From Bacteroidia bacterium (GTDB lineage: Bacteria; Bacteroidota; Bacteroidia; Flavobacteriales_D; JAUILH01), in NCBI GenBank assembly GCA_030433115.1, contig JAUILH010000002.1:4744-68743 (forward strand): a DNA stretch of 64,000 nt, given 5' to 3'. Shown one piece after another: positions 1-9,707 of the stretch. The notes beneath the pieces were generated by a model. That model was not told where the DNA came from. It did not search any database and saw only the letters and a list, made by a program, of their open reading frames with translations. Within the stretch, counting starts at the first letter, position 1, and every line of letters starts with the position of its first letter. A program made the position numbers and the translations under genes.

Positions 1-733
1 CCTTGTGTGTCTATCATTTCATAAGACTGAAATTGTGGAGCATTAATGATGAATTCTCCACTTGACGGATTGGGATAGATGCTCACTTGATCACTTCCAA
101 AATTATCCACTGAAGCAACAGCACTGTAGTATATGTGAAGCACGGGAGACATGCTTGCATCTCCATCATAAGCATGCGCCACTCTGCTTCCTGATCCAGT
201 GATGATAAATGACATGGCGTTTCCAGACTGCCAGCCAGATCGGTCAACAATTTGTTGAACAATTGAGGTTAAATCAGGTGTTTTTTGTATGCTTCCAGAT
301 TCATCAGCGTTGTCCCAATCTTGAATAGTCCAGGTTACATTTTGAAGTGTCTTTGTCCGGGCACTCACGTTATAATCAAGGCTATAGAATTTAACTGAAT
401 TATTAATATCTTCTCCATATATGATAACCACTGTAGGGTCGTTGGTGGTTTCATCAGACGTGAATTGAATATGGGCACTGTCAATAATTGCTCCCTTAGG
501 AACTGCAATGTTTTGAAAGCGAATTCCAAGTGTTTGGTCATCATTTGGAATGGGCCAAATATTATCTTCCAGACACATTTCTAAATCCGAACTGGTCAAA
601 TCAATGCTGCCGTCGGATAAGTCCTCTTCAGCATCATCATCAGATGAGCTAATCTGACTCGCCACATGAATTTGAGCATGAAGCCCTCCTCCAATCATCA
701 ATAAAAAAACAACTGAGTATACGATTCTATTCA
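1..733 (-). CDS. Secreted protein, partial (C-terminus runs off the left edge): signal peptide, SSxDDAEE module, T9SS type-A C-terminal sorting domain
   Basis: My own translation of the minus strand from the ATG at 731-733 gives MNRIVYSVVFLLMIGGGLHAQ (signal peptide). It continues ...QISSSDDDAEEDLSDGSIDLTSSDLE...LGIRFQNIAVPKGAII...IVQQIVDRSGW... and reaches ...VSIYPNPSSGEFII (T9SS CTD motif) at the window edge. It is absent from the ORF track because it is open-ended. Confidence 0.75.
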
Positions 734-849
734 TGGTACAAAAGTCTTGCACTTAGTTTACCTGATGCTCACTGTGACCTTAAGAAATTGAGGGTGTTTT
801 ATTAATTAATTAACCGCTTGAAGTAATCTTAAGTTAACCTTGAATATTC

Positions 850-1500
850 CTAAGCTGCGCGTTCCGCTCTACTTTGGTATGCATGCATGATTGTGACAGA
901 AATTGACATACAAATACAGACCATACTAACTAAAAATGCCAATAAGGTAATTGGAGGTAAACTAGCTGGCCAATCAGATACGTTAAACCAACCAGAGAGC
1001 CCCATTGTAATGACGTGTCCCAGACTTAATAGATAGGCCAATTTTGCCAATCGAAATATCTTACCCACTTCCTTTTTGAACAACAACTTCCTCATTTTTT
1101 GAAAAGACGCCAAAAAAGGAAGTGTAAAAACAACGATGGAAATGATACCGAAAAACAGGGTCAAAATCCCCACAACATTGAAACTTCCCCCTGAGTAAAA
1201 CTTAGGATATAGTTGAGGACTTAAGATGAAAAGTGTGATCACTAGATGTAATACAGACATTCCATAGGCTGCCAGAGAAAAGTTCTTTTTACTCGCTACC
1301 GCATCAAACCTTTTGAATGATTCAAAAATGACGTTCGGTAAGAAAGTGAGCGCGAACAAAATGAGTGATGCAAAAGACAAGGATTTATTCAGAATATAAG
1401 TGGGTATCAAATCGTAATCTACCCCTTTAAAGACGTTATACCGAATGAAGGCATAGATCAAACAAAGTAAGAATATAATGATTGGTAAAGATCGTTTCAT
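850..1500 (-). CDS. Six-TM integral membrane protein of unknown function; a ferric-reductase/YedZ-like topology with conserved His in TM3 and TM5 is only a guess
   Basis: The 216-aa ORF has about six hydrophobic helices, with His in SVLHLVITL and LGHVITMGL. Its start overlaps the stop of the upstream gene by 4 nt (1497-1500), which suggests an operon. Confidence 0.55.
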   Translation of the reverse strand: MKRSLPIIIFLLCLIYAFIRYNVFKGVDYDLIPTYILNKSLSFASLILFALTFLPNVIFESFKRFDAVASKKNFSLAAYGMSVLHLVITLFILSPQLYPKFYSGGSFNVVGILTLFFGIISIVVFTLPFLASFQKMRKLLFKKEVGKIFRLAKLAYLLSLGHVITMGLSGWFNVSDWPASLPPITLLAFLVSMVCICMSISVTIMHAYQSRAERAA

Positions 1501-2810
1501 GGTGCTTCAGTTTTAGCCATTGATTTGATTTTAATGTCAAAATCAAAGGTGTTTTTTTGTGGTGTTGGAACTAGAAGGACATCTACTTCCTCACCCTTAA
1601 AATTCTTTCTCTTTATGCATTGAATGCCCTCCTGTGTCATGATTAATCTACCATCATCCCGACCAGTATTGTAAGGTTTGCCCATGTTGTAGGCGTTGCT
1701 CGGCTGAACTACATCATTCACAATGGAATAATTGGGCGTGTACATCAAGTCCGATCCCCCGAAACCCGGATGACCTTTGGATGAGAAGTAAAATGTACCG
1801 TTGTTCCAAAAAGGATATTCATCGTCTTTTGGAGTATTGATCTTCCACAAAGCTTCTAATGTATCAAGAGTATTGTTATTCAGATTTATTTTAGCCACAA
1901 ACAAGTCCTTATTTCCTGTTCTGTTTGATGAAAAATATAGTAAGGATCTGGTCTCATCAAAAAATGGCTGTCCCTCCCATGAGTTCGTGTTGATCTGATC
2001 AGACAAGCTCATTTCGGGTCCCCACTTCTTACCCTCAAGCTTTCTCCAGAAAAGGTCATACTCACCGTCCTTCTTACGCGAATAGAAGGCAAGTTTTCCA
2101 CTTTTAGACAAGTGTAAATCCTGAATTTCTGATTTAAATAATTGATAGGTCTTTCTTTTTTTGAACGCCTTTCTGCTCAACAATCGTTTTGATTTTCCAT
2201 AATCTATGATGTTCTTTCCATCCACGCAGAGTTTGCCTGAAGTTCTTTTCAAAGTATCAATCAGGTTGGCTTTTGGCACCCAATAATCATAATTGAAAAT
2301 GATTTCCATGGATTCTGACAATCTCTCGTAATCATCAACCGTAAAAGGAAATTCCGCTTCATATTTTCCTTCCGCAACCTTACCGTAGTATTTTTTAAAG
2401 TGCTTTAAGTTGTGCTTAACGGTATGGTATTGTTCCATCATCAGGCCAGTTTCGGCCATAAAAAAGTAATGATGGGGTTCTTGATGAGTGGCAAAATCAA
2501 TTCCACTGTTGAAATATAGAAATGCTGAATCCATGATATTTTGATCATAGAATATTTTAGCCAAAAACAATTGGGCTTCTGTTAAAGCGAAACTTGTATT
2601 AATAGCTTCATACAATGATTGCTTAGCCCTCTCTATTTCTCCATTCGAATAAAGTTCACAAGCCTCATTGTAAAACGGCAATGCCAGATATTGATCATTG
2701 CTATTATTTCCTCTTAAATGATCCGGATGCTCATGTGGAGTTTGAGCATTAATTGAATTCGCAGCAATTACTGTAATGATTAGTAAAATAAGTCTTTTCA
2801 TAATCTCCAA
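1497..2810 (-). CDS. Exported TPR plus PD40 (TolB-like beta-propeller repeat) protein
   Basis: It has a signal peptide (MKRLILLIITVIAANSINAQ) and a TPR-like helical N-terminal half. PD40-type motifs are LYFSSNRTGNKDLFVAK and FYFSSKGHPGFGGSDLMY. It resembles the N-terminal part of the 2391-aa protein at 50003-57178. Confidence 0.7.
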   Translation of the reverse strand: MEIMKRLILLIITVIAANSINAQTPHEHPDHLRGNNSNDQYLALPFYNEACELYSNGEIERAKQSLYEAINTSFALTEAQLFLAKIFYDQNIMDSAFLYFNSGIDFATHQEPHHYFFMAETGLMMEQYHTVKHNLKHFKKYYGKVAEGKYEAEFPFTVDDYERLSESMEIIFNYDYWVPKANLIDTLKRTSGKLCVDGKNIIDYGKSKRLLSRKAFKKRKTYQLFKSEIQDLHLSKSGKLAFYSRKKDGEYDLFWRKLEGKKWGPEMSLSDQINTNSWEGQPFFDETRSLLYFSSNRTGNKDLFVAKINLNNNTLDTLEALWKINTPKDDEYPFWNNGTFYFSSKGHPGFGGSDLMYTPNYSIVNDVVQPSNAYNMGKPYNTGRDDGRLIMTQEGIQCIKRKNFKGEEVDVLLVPTPQKNTFDFDIKIKSMAKTEAP

Positions 2811-2987
2811 AAGCTCAATTTTACGACAATTTAATGCGGTTTTAGAAGTACAAAATCAGACTTAATACTTTGATAAGATTCCTAATATTAAGATCAAGAA
2901 AGCGTCAATAATCGGTAACGCTCTTTTAATGAAATTGGAAAATTTAAGCTCTAGAATTGTACAGTAATTTAACCCATCATCTCTATC

Positions 2988-5900
2988 ATGAAAACCTTTA
3001 CTTTACTCTTCACTTTTCTGGTCTGTCAACAGGCATTTGCTACTACAGATCGGTATAGACTTATGTTCAACAACGACCCTTCCTCAACCATCACAGTGGC
3101 CTGGGAACAAGTTTCCGGTTCTAACTCGGAAGTCTTCTACGGCACTGCAGATGAGGGCACAAACTGGTCTGCCTACCCCAACAGTATGACACCCTATAAA
3201 ACAACCAATTATATGGGTATGACCAACAAGTTTGCCGTACTTACGGGATTATCATCAAACACCATTTATTATTTCGTTATTAAAGATTCTGACGGCACAG
3301 GTCAAAGGTATTGGTTCAAAACCTGCCCGAATGTGAATACCCATAAATTATCTTTCATTTCTGGAGGTGATTCAAGATCCGGTCAGACGCAAAGACAAAA
3401 CTCCAATAGAATGGTGGCAAAAATCAGACCTCATGCTGTCCTATTTGGTGGAGATTTGGTAAATACCCCAACCAACTCGTCAGTTCAAACGTGGTTTGAT
3501 GATTGGAAATTATCTTATACCTCAGATGGGCAAATTATACCTTTGGTACATTCATTTGGAAACCATGAAGACTATGGGTTTGGTGGTCCAGAGTTCATCA
3601 GTGAATTGTTTGACACGCCTTATGACGTTTACTATAAAGTTACTTTTGGCGGAGACTTATTCTCTGTATATACTCTAAATGGAGAGTTATTGCCGGGACA
3701 TACCATCCCAAATTCTACCAAAAGAGCAAACCAAACAGCCTGGTTGGCGTCTACCCTACCTTCTGATCCCGCTGTCTGGAAGTCGGCGCAATACCACAGA
3801 CCAATTGTTCCACACTATTCTGGTAAAGGAGAAGGAGCTGATGAATTTAACGATTGGGCAAATTTGTTCTATGACCATGGTGTAAGATTGGTCATGGAAT
3901 CTGATGCGCATGTGACAAAATTGACAGAAGAAGTAAAACCTGCCATGTCTTCTGCTTCTGGCAATTCAAGCAACTGGTTCACAACTTCAGGATTAGATCC
4001 GAACCAGGGAATTACCTTCATTGGAGAAGGTGCCTGGGGGACCATTAGAACACCCGATGATTCACATCCTATGACAACAGGCATGACCTCTATGTACCAG
4101 TTCGTTTGGATCACAGTTGATAATTGCGCTATTGAATTGAGAACCATTGACACGCAAAGTCCTGGAACGGTTCCAGAACATACCATTAATGACCAATTTT
4201 CAATTTCTTCAGGATTGGATGCCCAAATATGGAAACCATCAGGTTTACCAACAGGTGTTAGAGCTATCAGACGTTGCTACCCACCAGATGCAGATTTTGC
4301 CGCAAGTGTGACTTCTGCATTTACAGGACAAAGCATCAACTTTACCGATTTATCGACCAACACACCTACCTCATGGTCCTGGGATTTTGGTGATGGGAAT
4401 ACCTCAACACAGCAAAACCCATCTAACACATACGCTACACCGGGTACTTATACTGTGACACTATCAGCTAGCAATGCTGATGGAACTGGTGTAGAAACAA
4501 AAACAGGATATATCACGATTTATGCGCCAACAGCCCCAACAGCAGATTTTGTAGCGAATCAAACAGTTGCAGCAGCCGGCACAACCATCAACTTTACTGA
4601 TTTAAGTACAGGAGCGCCAGCTTCATGGAGTTGGTCATTTCCAGGTGGCACACCAAACTCTTCTACCTCACAGAATCCATCGATTACCTATAACAGTGCA
4701 GGCTCATATGACGTAATCTTAACTGCAACCAACATTTATGGAAATGATACAGAAACCAAAACTGGATATATCAACATTACAACTGGTGGGACTGTTTCAG
4801 TGGTTATTTCCTCTGGAAATGATGATGCCGAGGAAGAAAGAACAGGTGGTGGTGCCGGAGACATGTACCTCAACAGTTCAGATTTGGAAATTGGAAATGA
4901 TGGTGGCACCGAGCAGTATGTTGGTCTGAGATTTAGAAACATCAATATTCCACAAGGTGCAATTATCACCAACGCCTATTTGCGCTTCAGAGCCGACGAA
5001 ACAGATTTTGCCACAAGTCAATTAAACATATATATTGCTGGAGAGGACATTGATGATGCTTCAACTTTTACCAATGCACAGAACAATATCTCTTCCAGAA
5101 ACTTTACGACTAATCAGGTGACATGGCCAGATGGCTCAGTTCCACAATGGAACTCCGGAAGCATGTACAATACACCGGATATTTCTGCAGTTGTTCAAGA
5201 AATTGTTGATCGATCAGGCTGGACAAACAACAATGACATGGCCTACTTCTTATGGAGCGACCTAGGGGAATCTAGTGAAAGAGTCGCAGATTCCTATGAA
5301 GGTGGATTTCCTGCAGAACTTATAATTGACTGGATTGCGCCTCCCGCACCCGTTGCTAATTTTTCGGGCACACCAACTGAATTTTGCGCAGGACAAACGC
5401 TCAATCTAAACGATCAATCCACAAACAATCCAAGCTCATGGGACTGGCAAGTCACCGGACCTGCCACTTTATCTAGTAATCAACAAAATCCTTCATTTAA
5501 TTTGACTGCGGCGGGTACTTACTCAATTCAACTAACCGCAGCCAACTCCGGCGGACAGAATGTATTTTCTCAAATTAATTACGTAACTGTGAATCCCTTA
5601 CCTAATGTATCTGCTGGCACCAACCAATCAATATGTGACGGTTCAAGTATTACTTTGAGTGGTTCTGGTGCTTCCTCATATAGCTGGGATAATGGGGTAA
5701 TTGATGGTGCGGCATTTGCACCTGCAACTACTCAGACCTACACGGTCACCGGAACTGACGCAAACGGTTGCGTGAATACAGACCAACTGACCGTATCGGT
5801 AAATCCACTACCAAACGTGTCAGCCGGCAACGATCAAACTGTGTGTTCAGGAACATCCGTGACATTGAGTGGTTCTGGCGCTACCAACTACTCTTGGAAT

Positions 5901-7718
5901 AACGGTATTACTGATGGGGTAGCATTCACTCCAACTTCAAATCAAACTTACACTGTTACAGGAACAGATGCTAATGGTTGCTCAAACACGGATCAAGTGA
6001 ATGTAAACGTTAATGCATTGCCAAACGTAAGTGCCGGATCAGACCAAACAATTTGTGAGGGAACTTCAGTTACTTTGAACGGTAGCGGTGCTTCAACCTA
6101 TTCATGGAATAATGGTGTTAACAATGGCATTGCTTTCACTATTAACTCAAGCCAATCTTACACTGTCACAGGCACAGATGCCAATGGATGCTCCAACACG
6201 GATCAAGTAGACATTACAGTACACGCTTTGCCCAATGTATCAGGAGGAATTGACCAGACTGTTTGTGCAGGAACCTCTATCACATTGACGGGAAGTGGTG
6301 CAAGTACATATTCATGGAACAATGGTGTTACCAATGGAGCATCATTTGTACCTGGATCAAGTCAAAACTATACTGTGACTGGAACCGATGGAAATGGCTG
6401 CAGCAACACTGATTTGGTAGCTGTAACCGTTAACCTACTTCCAAATGTGTCTGCTGGAGCAGATGTGGCAGTTTGCGATGGCAATACAGTCACCTTGAGT
6501 GGCAGCGGTGCAACAAGCTATTCTTGGGATCAAGGTGTGAACAATGGTGTTGCTTTTACACCAACATCATCAAACTCATACACGGTGACTGGTACAGACG
6601 CAAACGGATGTGTCAATACAGATCAGGTTAACGTAACCGTAAATACCAATCCAACAGTTACTATTGGTGGAAATATTCAATACTGTCAGGGACAACAGGC
6701 GGTTTTAGATGCTGGTGCAGGATACAGCAACTACAACTGGTCCACAGGAGGAAGCTCTCAAACCATCAATGCTACAATTGCCGACAACCCAATAAGTATA
6801 TCTGTAACTGACGCGAATGGATGCAATGGAACCGATCAAATCACGATAACTGAAGTAACTTCCATCACCAGTAGCTCAAGCATTGACATCTGTCAGGGAC
6901 AGTCTGCTTTGATCCATGGAAACAACGAGACAACTTCAGGAATGTACGCACAAACTTATCCTTCAGTTTTGGGTTGTGATTCGACTTCACAGGTAACGCT
7001 AACCGTGTATAACTTACCAAACATTGAAGGTGGCAACAATGTCAATGTTTGCGCAGGCGATTCAATTGTATTGAGTGCGAGTGGAGGACAAAATTACACC
7101 TGGGATAATGGGGTTAGCAATAATGTTTACTTCACCCCTACTTCTTCTGGCACATACATGGTGACCGGGCAAGATGCGAATGGTTGTGTCAATACAGATT
7201 CTGTGGTGGTGACAGTAAATCCACTGCCAACGGTCACACTTACCGCATTTGATGACGACACACTATGCGTGGAATCAGGAATGATTCTCCTTCCGAATGG
7301 TTCTCCTTCCGGAGGTAGTTATTCTGGAACTGGTGTCAATGGAAACCAAATGGACCCTTCGATTGCTGGAGCTGGAAGTCATGATGTGACCTACACTTAC
7401 ACAGATGGCAACAATTGTTCGGAAGAAGATGTGGCTACCATTGTTTTTGAGATCTGTGCTGGGGTTGAAGGTATGATTTTTCAGGATGCATCAATATTCC
7501 CTAACCCAAGTCACGACTTTATGAATGTCAGTTTCAAAACAAATAGACATGTTAAGATAGAAGTGTTTGGTACCAGTGGTAAACTTGTTCATAGCGAAAC
7601 AACAACGAGTAATCTGATAAGATTGGATGTGAGTACCTGGCCAAGTGCTTCTTACACCATTCGAATTCAAGATTTGGATACAAAAGAATACCACATACAA
7701 CAAGTGATTGTCAGATAA
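2988..7718 (+). CDS. Giant T9SS cargo protein: purple-acid-phosphatase-like metallophosphoesterase, 3 PKD domains, SSxDDAEE module, 9 Cys-containing Ig-like repeats, T9SS CTD
   Basis: Signal peptide is MKTFTLLFTFLVCQQAFA. Metallophosphoesterase motifs are GGDSR, GGDLVN, GNHE and ESDAH. PKD signatures are WDFGDG, WSWSFPGG and WDWQV. The LPNVSAGxDQTxCxGxSVTLSGSGAxxYSWxNG...YTVTGTDANGCxNTD unit repeats every 70 aa. The C-terminus IFPNPSHDFMNVSF...IVR is a T9SS type-A CTD. Confidence 0.92.
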   Translation: MKTFTLLFTFLVCQQAFATTDRYRLMFNNDPSSTITVAWEQVSGSNSEVFYGTADEGTNWSAYPNSMTPYKTTNYMGMTNKFAVLTGLSSNTIYYFVIKDSDGTGQRYWFKTCPNVNTHKLSFISGGDSRSGQTQRQNSNRMVAKIRPHAVLFGGDLVNTPTNSSVQTWFDDWKLSYTSDGQIIPLVHSFGNHEDYGFGGPEFISELFDTPYDVYYKVTFGGDLFSVYTLNGELLPGHTIPNSTKRANQTAWLASTLPSDPAVWKSAQYHRPIVPHYSGKGEGADEFNDWANLFYDHGVRLVMESDAHVTKLTEEVKPAMSSASGNSSNWFTTSGLDPNQGITFIGEGAWGTIRTPDDSHPMTTGMTSMYQFVWITVDNCAIELRTIDTQSPGTVPEHTINDQFSISSGLDAQIWKPSGLPTGVRAIRRCYPPDADFAASVTSAFTGQSINFTDLSTNTPTSWSWDFGDGNTSTQQNPSNTYATPGTYTVTLSASNADGTGVETKTGYITIYAPTAPTADFVANQTVAAAGTTINFTDLSTGAPASWSWSFPGGTPNSSTSQNPSITYNSAGSYDVILTATNIYGNDTETKTGYINITTGGTVSVVISSGNDDAEEERTGGGAGDMYLNSSDLEIGNDGGTEQYVGLRFRNINIPQGAIITNAYLRFRADETDFATSQLNIYIAGEDIDDASTFTNAQNNISSRNFTTNQVTWPDGSVPQWNSGSMYNTPDISAVVQEIVDRSGWTNNNDMAYFLWSDLGESSERVADSYEGGFPAELIIDWIAPPAPVANFSGTPTEFCAGQTLNLNDQSTNNPSSWDWQVTGPATLSSNQQNPSFNLTAAGTYSIQLTAANSGGQNVFSQINYVTVNPLPNVSAGTNQSICDGSSITLSGSGASSYSWDNGVIDGAAFAPATTQTYTVTGTDANGCVNTDQLTVSVNPLPNVSAGNDQTVCSGTSVTLSGSGATNYSWNNGITDGVAFTPTSNQTYTVTGTDANGCSNTDQVNVNVNALPNVSAGSDQTICEGTSVTLNGSGASTYSWNNGVNNGIAFTINSSQSYTVTGTDANGCSNTDQVDITVHALPNVSGGIDQTVCAGTSITLTGSGASTYSWNNGVTNGASFVPGSSQNYTVTGTDGNGCSNTDLVAVTVNLLPNVSAGADVAVCDGNTVTLSGSGATSYSWDQGVNNGVAFTPTSSNSYTVTGTDANGCVNTDQVNVTVNTNPTVTIGGNIQYCQGQQAVLDAGAGYSNYNWSTGGSSQTINATIADNPISISVTDANGCNGTDQITITEVTSITSSSSIDICQGQSALIHGNNETTSGMYAQTYPSVLGCDSTSQVTLTVYNLPNIEGGNNVNVCAGDSIVLSASGGQNYTWDNGVSNNVYFTPTSSGTYMVTGQDANGCVNTDSVVVTVNPLPTVTLTAFDDDTLCVESGMILLPNGSPSGGSYSGTGVNGNQMDPSIAGAGSHDVTYTYTDGNNCSEEDVATIVFEICAGVEGMIFQDASIFPNPSHDFMNVSFKTNRHVKIEVFGTSGKLVHSETTTSNLIRLDVSTWPSASYTIRIQDLDTKEYHIQQVIVR
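4795..5335 (+). other. SSxDDAEE module (about 180 aa) inside the 1576-aa protein, paralogous to 119-664 on the minus strand
   Basis: VISSGNDDAEEE...LNSSDLEIGND...YVGLRFRNINIPQGAIITNAYLRFRADE...VVQEIVDRSGWTNNNDMAYFLWS aligns by eye with QISSSDDDAEED...LTSSDLEMCLED...LGIRFQNIAVPKGAIIDSAHIQFTSDE...IVQQIVDRSGWQSGNAMSFIITG in the partial gene at 1-733. Confidence 0.7.
5592..7440 (+). repeat. In-frame tandem array with a 210-bp (70-aa) period: five well-conserved units (5592-6641) followed by about four degenerate units
   Basis: Unit starts carrying (N)xLPNVSAG fall at about 5592, 5802, 6012, 6222 and 6432. Later units at about 6642, 6850, 7005 and 7215 are divergent. The array is coding and is not CRISPR. 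Confidence 0.85.
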
Positions 7719-7757
7719 GAATAAGTCATGGAGAGTTAACTGTGCTTATCTAATAAA

Positions 7758-7786
7758 ATGCCCGAACCTAGGTTCGGGCATTTTTC
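7758..7786 (+). terminator. Rho-independent terminator of the 1576-aa gene
   Basis: gcccgaacc-ta-ggttcgggc is a perfect palindrome at 7760-7779, followed by attttt. Confidence 0.75.
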
Positions 7787-7922
7787 ATTTAGGACCTGAG
7801 GCTCTAACCAGTGCTTTTTTAGCAGAGACTGCCCATCTCTTGTTTTTTATTACTACCAATAATACATTGTGTGACTGAGTGTTCCACTCTAAATAACTAC
7901 ATTAGGCTACAAAAGATTACAT

Positions 7923-8507
7923 ATGAAAGATCTATTAAAAGCAGCAATTCTCAGTTTTCATCCAGACTTTCCGGAAGAAGACATGAACAAGGGACTTACA
8001 CTTTTCGAGCTGAAAAACTTCAAAGCCAAAGAGATTATTTCCAGGAGCGGTGACATTTGTAATCACCTATTCTTTGCACAGGCATCTATTTCCAGGTGTT
8101 TCTACTTAGACAAAGACAGTACAGAACAAACCCTTTGGATGAAACCGGAGCAGACTTTCATCACAGATTATAAAAGCTTTACGGAACAAACACCTTCCGG
8201 TTTTAGCTTGCAATTTTATGAGGACACCCAAGCCTATTGCATTTCCAGACAGGACTTATTGAAACTGTACCAGGAATCTAAAGATTGGGCCCTCTTTGGA
8301 GTACTTCTCACAGAAAAACTACACGTCATTTTAATTGATGTATTTGTGAATTTGCTCGCCAATGACGCCACACAGAACTACAGATACATTGAATATGCTT
8401 TCCCCAGATTTATTCAGGTAGCCCCATTAAAAGACATTGCCTCCATGCTTCAAATGAGTCAGGTGACGCTTTCAAGGATCAGATCAGGCACTCAACTCAA
8501 ACAGTGA
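7923..8507 (+). CDS. Crp/Fnr-family transcriptional regulator (cNMP-binding domain plus C-terminal HTH)
   Basis: The 194-aa protein has an N-terminal beta-roll-like region (FELKNFKAKEIISRSGDICNHLFFAQASISRCFY). Its C-terminal HTH is LKDIASMLQMSQVTLSRIRSG. Confidence 0.82.
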   Translation: MKDLLKAAILSFHPDFPEEDMNKGLTLFELKNFKAKEIISRSGDICNHLFFAQASISRCFYLDKDSTEQTLWMKPEQTFITDYKSFTEQTPSGFSLQFYEDTQAYCISRQDLLKLYQESKDWALFGVLLTEKLHVILIDVFVNLLANDATQNYRYIEYAFPRFIQVAPLKDIASMLQMSQVTLSRIRSGTQLKQ

Positions 8508-8571
8508 TTTTTTAACATTTGTTAAATTGAAATAAATCCGGAGGTCCTACTTTTGGCCAAAATCATTTGAA

Positions 8572-9075
8572 ATGAAATGCTTAATTCTAACACTTTTGAT
8601 CATGGCCGGAACCAACACATTTGGACAAAACTCCAAAGCAAGTACAGTAAAAAAGACATTTAACCGAACTACCTCAGTGAGTATCGACATTGATGTGGAA
8701 CCATCGGTTATTTGGAAACTTCTCACCACTGCTAATGATTTCCCAAGATGGAATTCCACCGTATTATCTATTGAAGGAGATATCAAAGTGGGTGAAAAAA
8801 TAAAACTGAAAAGCTATCTGGATCCAAACCGTACTTTCAAGATCAAAATCAAGGAAATTGGTGATGAGACCATGATTTGGGGGGATGCCATGGGAAAAAG
8901 AGTGTATACCATTACCAAAACTTCTGATGGTAAAACCCATTTTGACATGACCGAAAAGATCGGCGGGTTGATGTTTCCTCTCTTCGCCAACAAAATACCA
9001 GACTTTGATGAGTCATTCGACAGGTTCGCAGAAGATTTGAAAAAGGAGGCTGAAAAAATAGCGAACAAAGAGTAA
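8572..9075 (+). CDS. SRPBCC (START/polyketide-cyclase-like) superfamily protein with a signal peptide
   Basis: The 167-aa protein contains SIDIDVEPSVIWKLLTTANDFPRWNSTVLSIEG, which is typical of the SRPBCC N-terminal strand-helix. It lies directly downstream of a Crp/Fnr regulator, a common pairing in Bacteroidota. Confidence 0.65.
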   Translation: MKCLILTLLIMAGTNTFGQNSKASTVKKTFNRTTSVSIDIDVEPSVIWKLLTTANDFPRWNSTVLSIEGDIKVGEKIKLKSYLDPNRTFKIKIKEIGDETMIWGDAMGKRVYTITKTSDGKTHFDMTEKIGGLMFPLFANKIPDFDESFDRFAEDLKKEAEKIANKE

Positions 9076-9141
9076 AGAGCAATTCATCTACGTTAAGTCA
9101 TTGTTTTAAGTAACTTAGTTCTGTACAGAAGCTTAAAAGAC

Positions 9142-9702
9142 ATGACCTACAAACACAAGGAAGACTCGCAAATCAAACTCACAGAACTCATGCTCCCCTC
9201 CCACTCAAATTTCAGTGGTAAAATACACGGTGGTTACATCCTCAACCTAATGGATCAAGTTGCTTTTGCCTGCGCTTCAAAACACTCCGGACACTACTGC
9301 GTAACAGCTTCTGTAAACAGAGTTAACTTTTTGAATCCGATTGAAGTTGGAGAGCTTGTTACCTTAAAGGCATCAGTAAATTATACTGGAAAAACATCCA
9401 TGGTGATAGGTGTGCGTGTGGAAGCCGAAAAAATCAAAACCGGAGAAACAAAGCATTGCAACTCGTCTTATTTCACGATGGTAGCCAAAGATGAAAATGG
9501 CAACAATGCCTCTGTTCCTGGTTTGATCCTTGACTCAATGGACAGTGCCCGACATTTTGCCAGAAGTATTCGTCATCAAGAGCAGGCCAGAAAACGTGAT
9601 GTCACGTTTAGTGCTGAAAATTTCCGCTTAGAAGATTATCTGGAAGACCTCAAGAAACATAATAACATATTGGATGAAGCTTTGTTTTCAGTGGATAGTT
9701 AA
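9142..9702 (+). CDS. Acyl-CoA thioesterase (hotdog fold, YciA/ACOT-like)
   Basis: LMLPSHSNFSGKIHGGYILNLMDQVAFACASKHSGHYCVTASVNRVNFLNPIEVGELV matches the conserved hotdog thioesterase core. Confidence 0.85.
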   Translation: MTYKHKEDSQIKLTELMLPSHSNFSGKIHGGYILNLMDQVAFACASKHSGHYCVTASVNRVNFLNPIEVGELVTLKASVNYTGKTSMVIGVRVEAEKIKTGETKHCNSSYFTMVAKDENGNNASVPGLILDSMDSARHFARSIRHQEQARKRDVTFSAENFRLEDYLEDLKKHNNILDEALFSVDS

Positions 9703-9707
9703 GGGCA

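Noticed and set aside
3496-4972. Short alternative-frame ORFs inside the 1576-aa gene (3496-3678, 3679-3885, 3869-4186, 4736-4972 and 4738-4929)
   Set aside because: They are all nested within a strongly supported long ORF with recognisable domains, so they are typical spurious six-frame calls.
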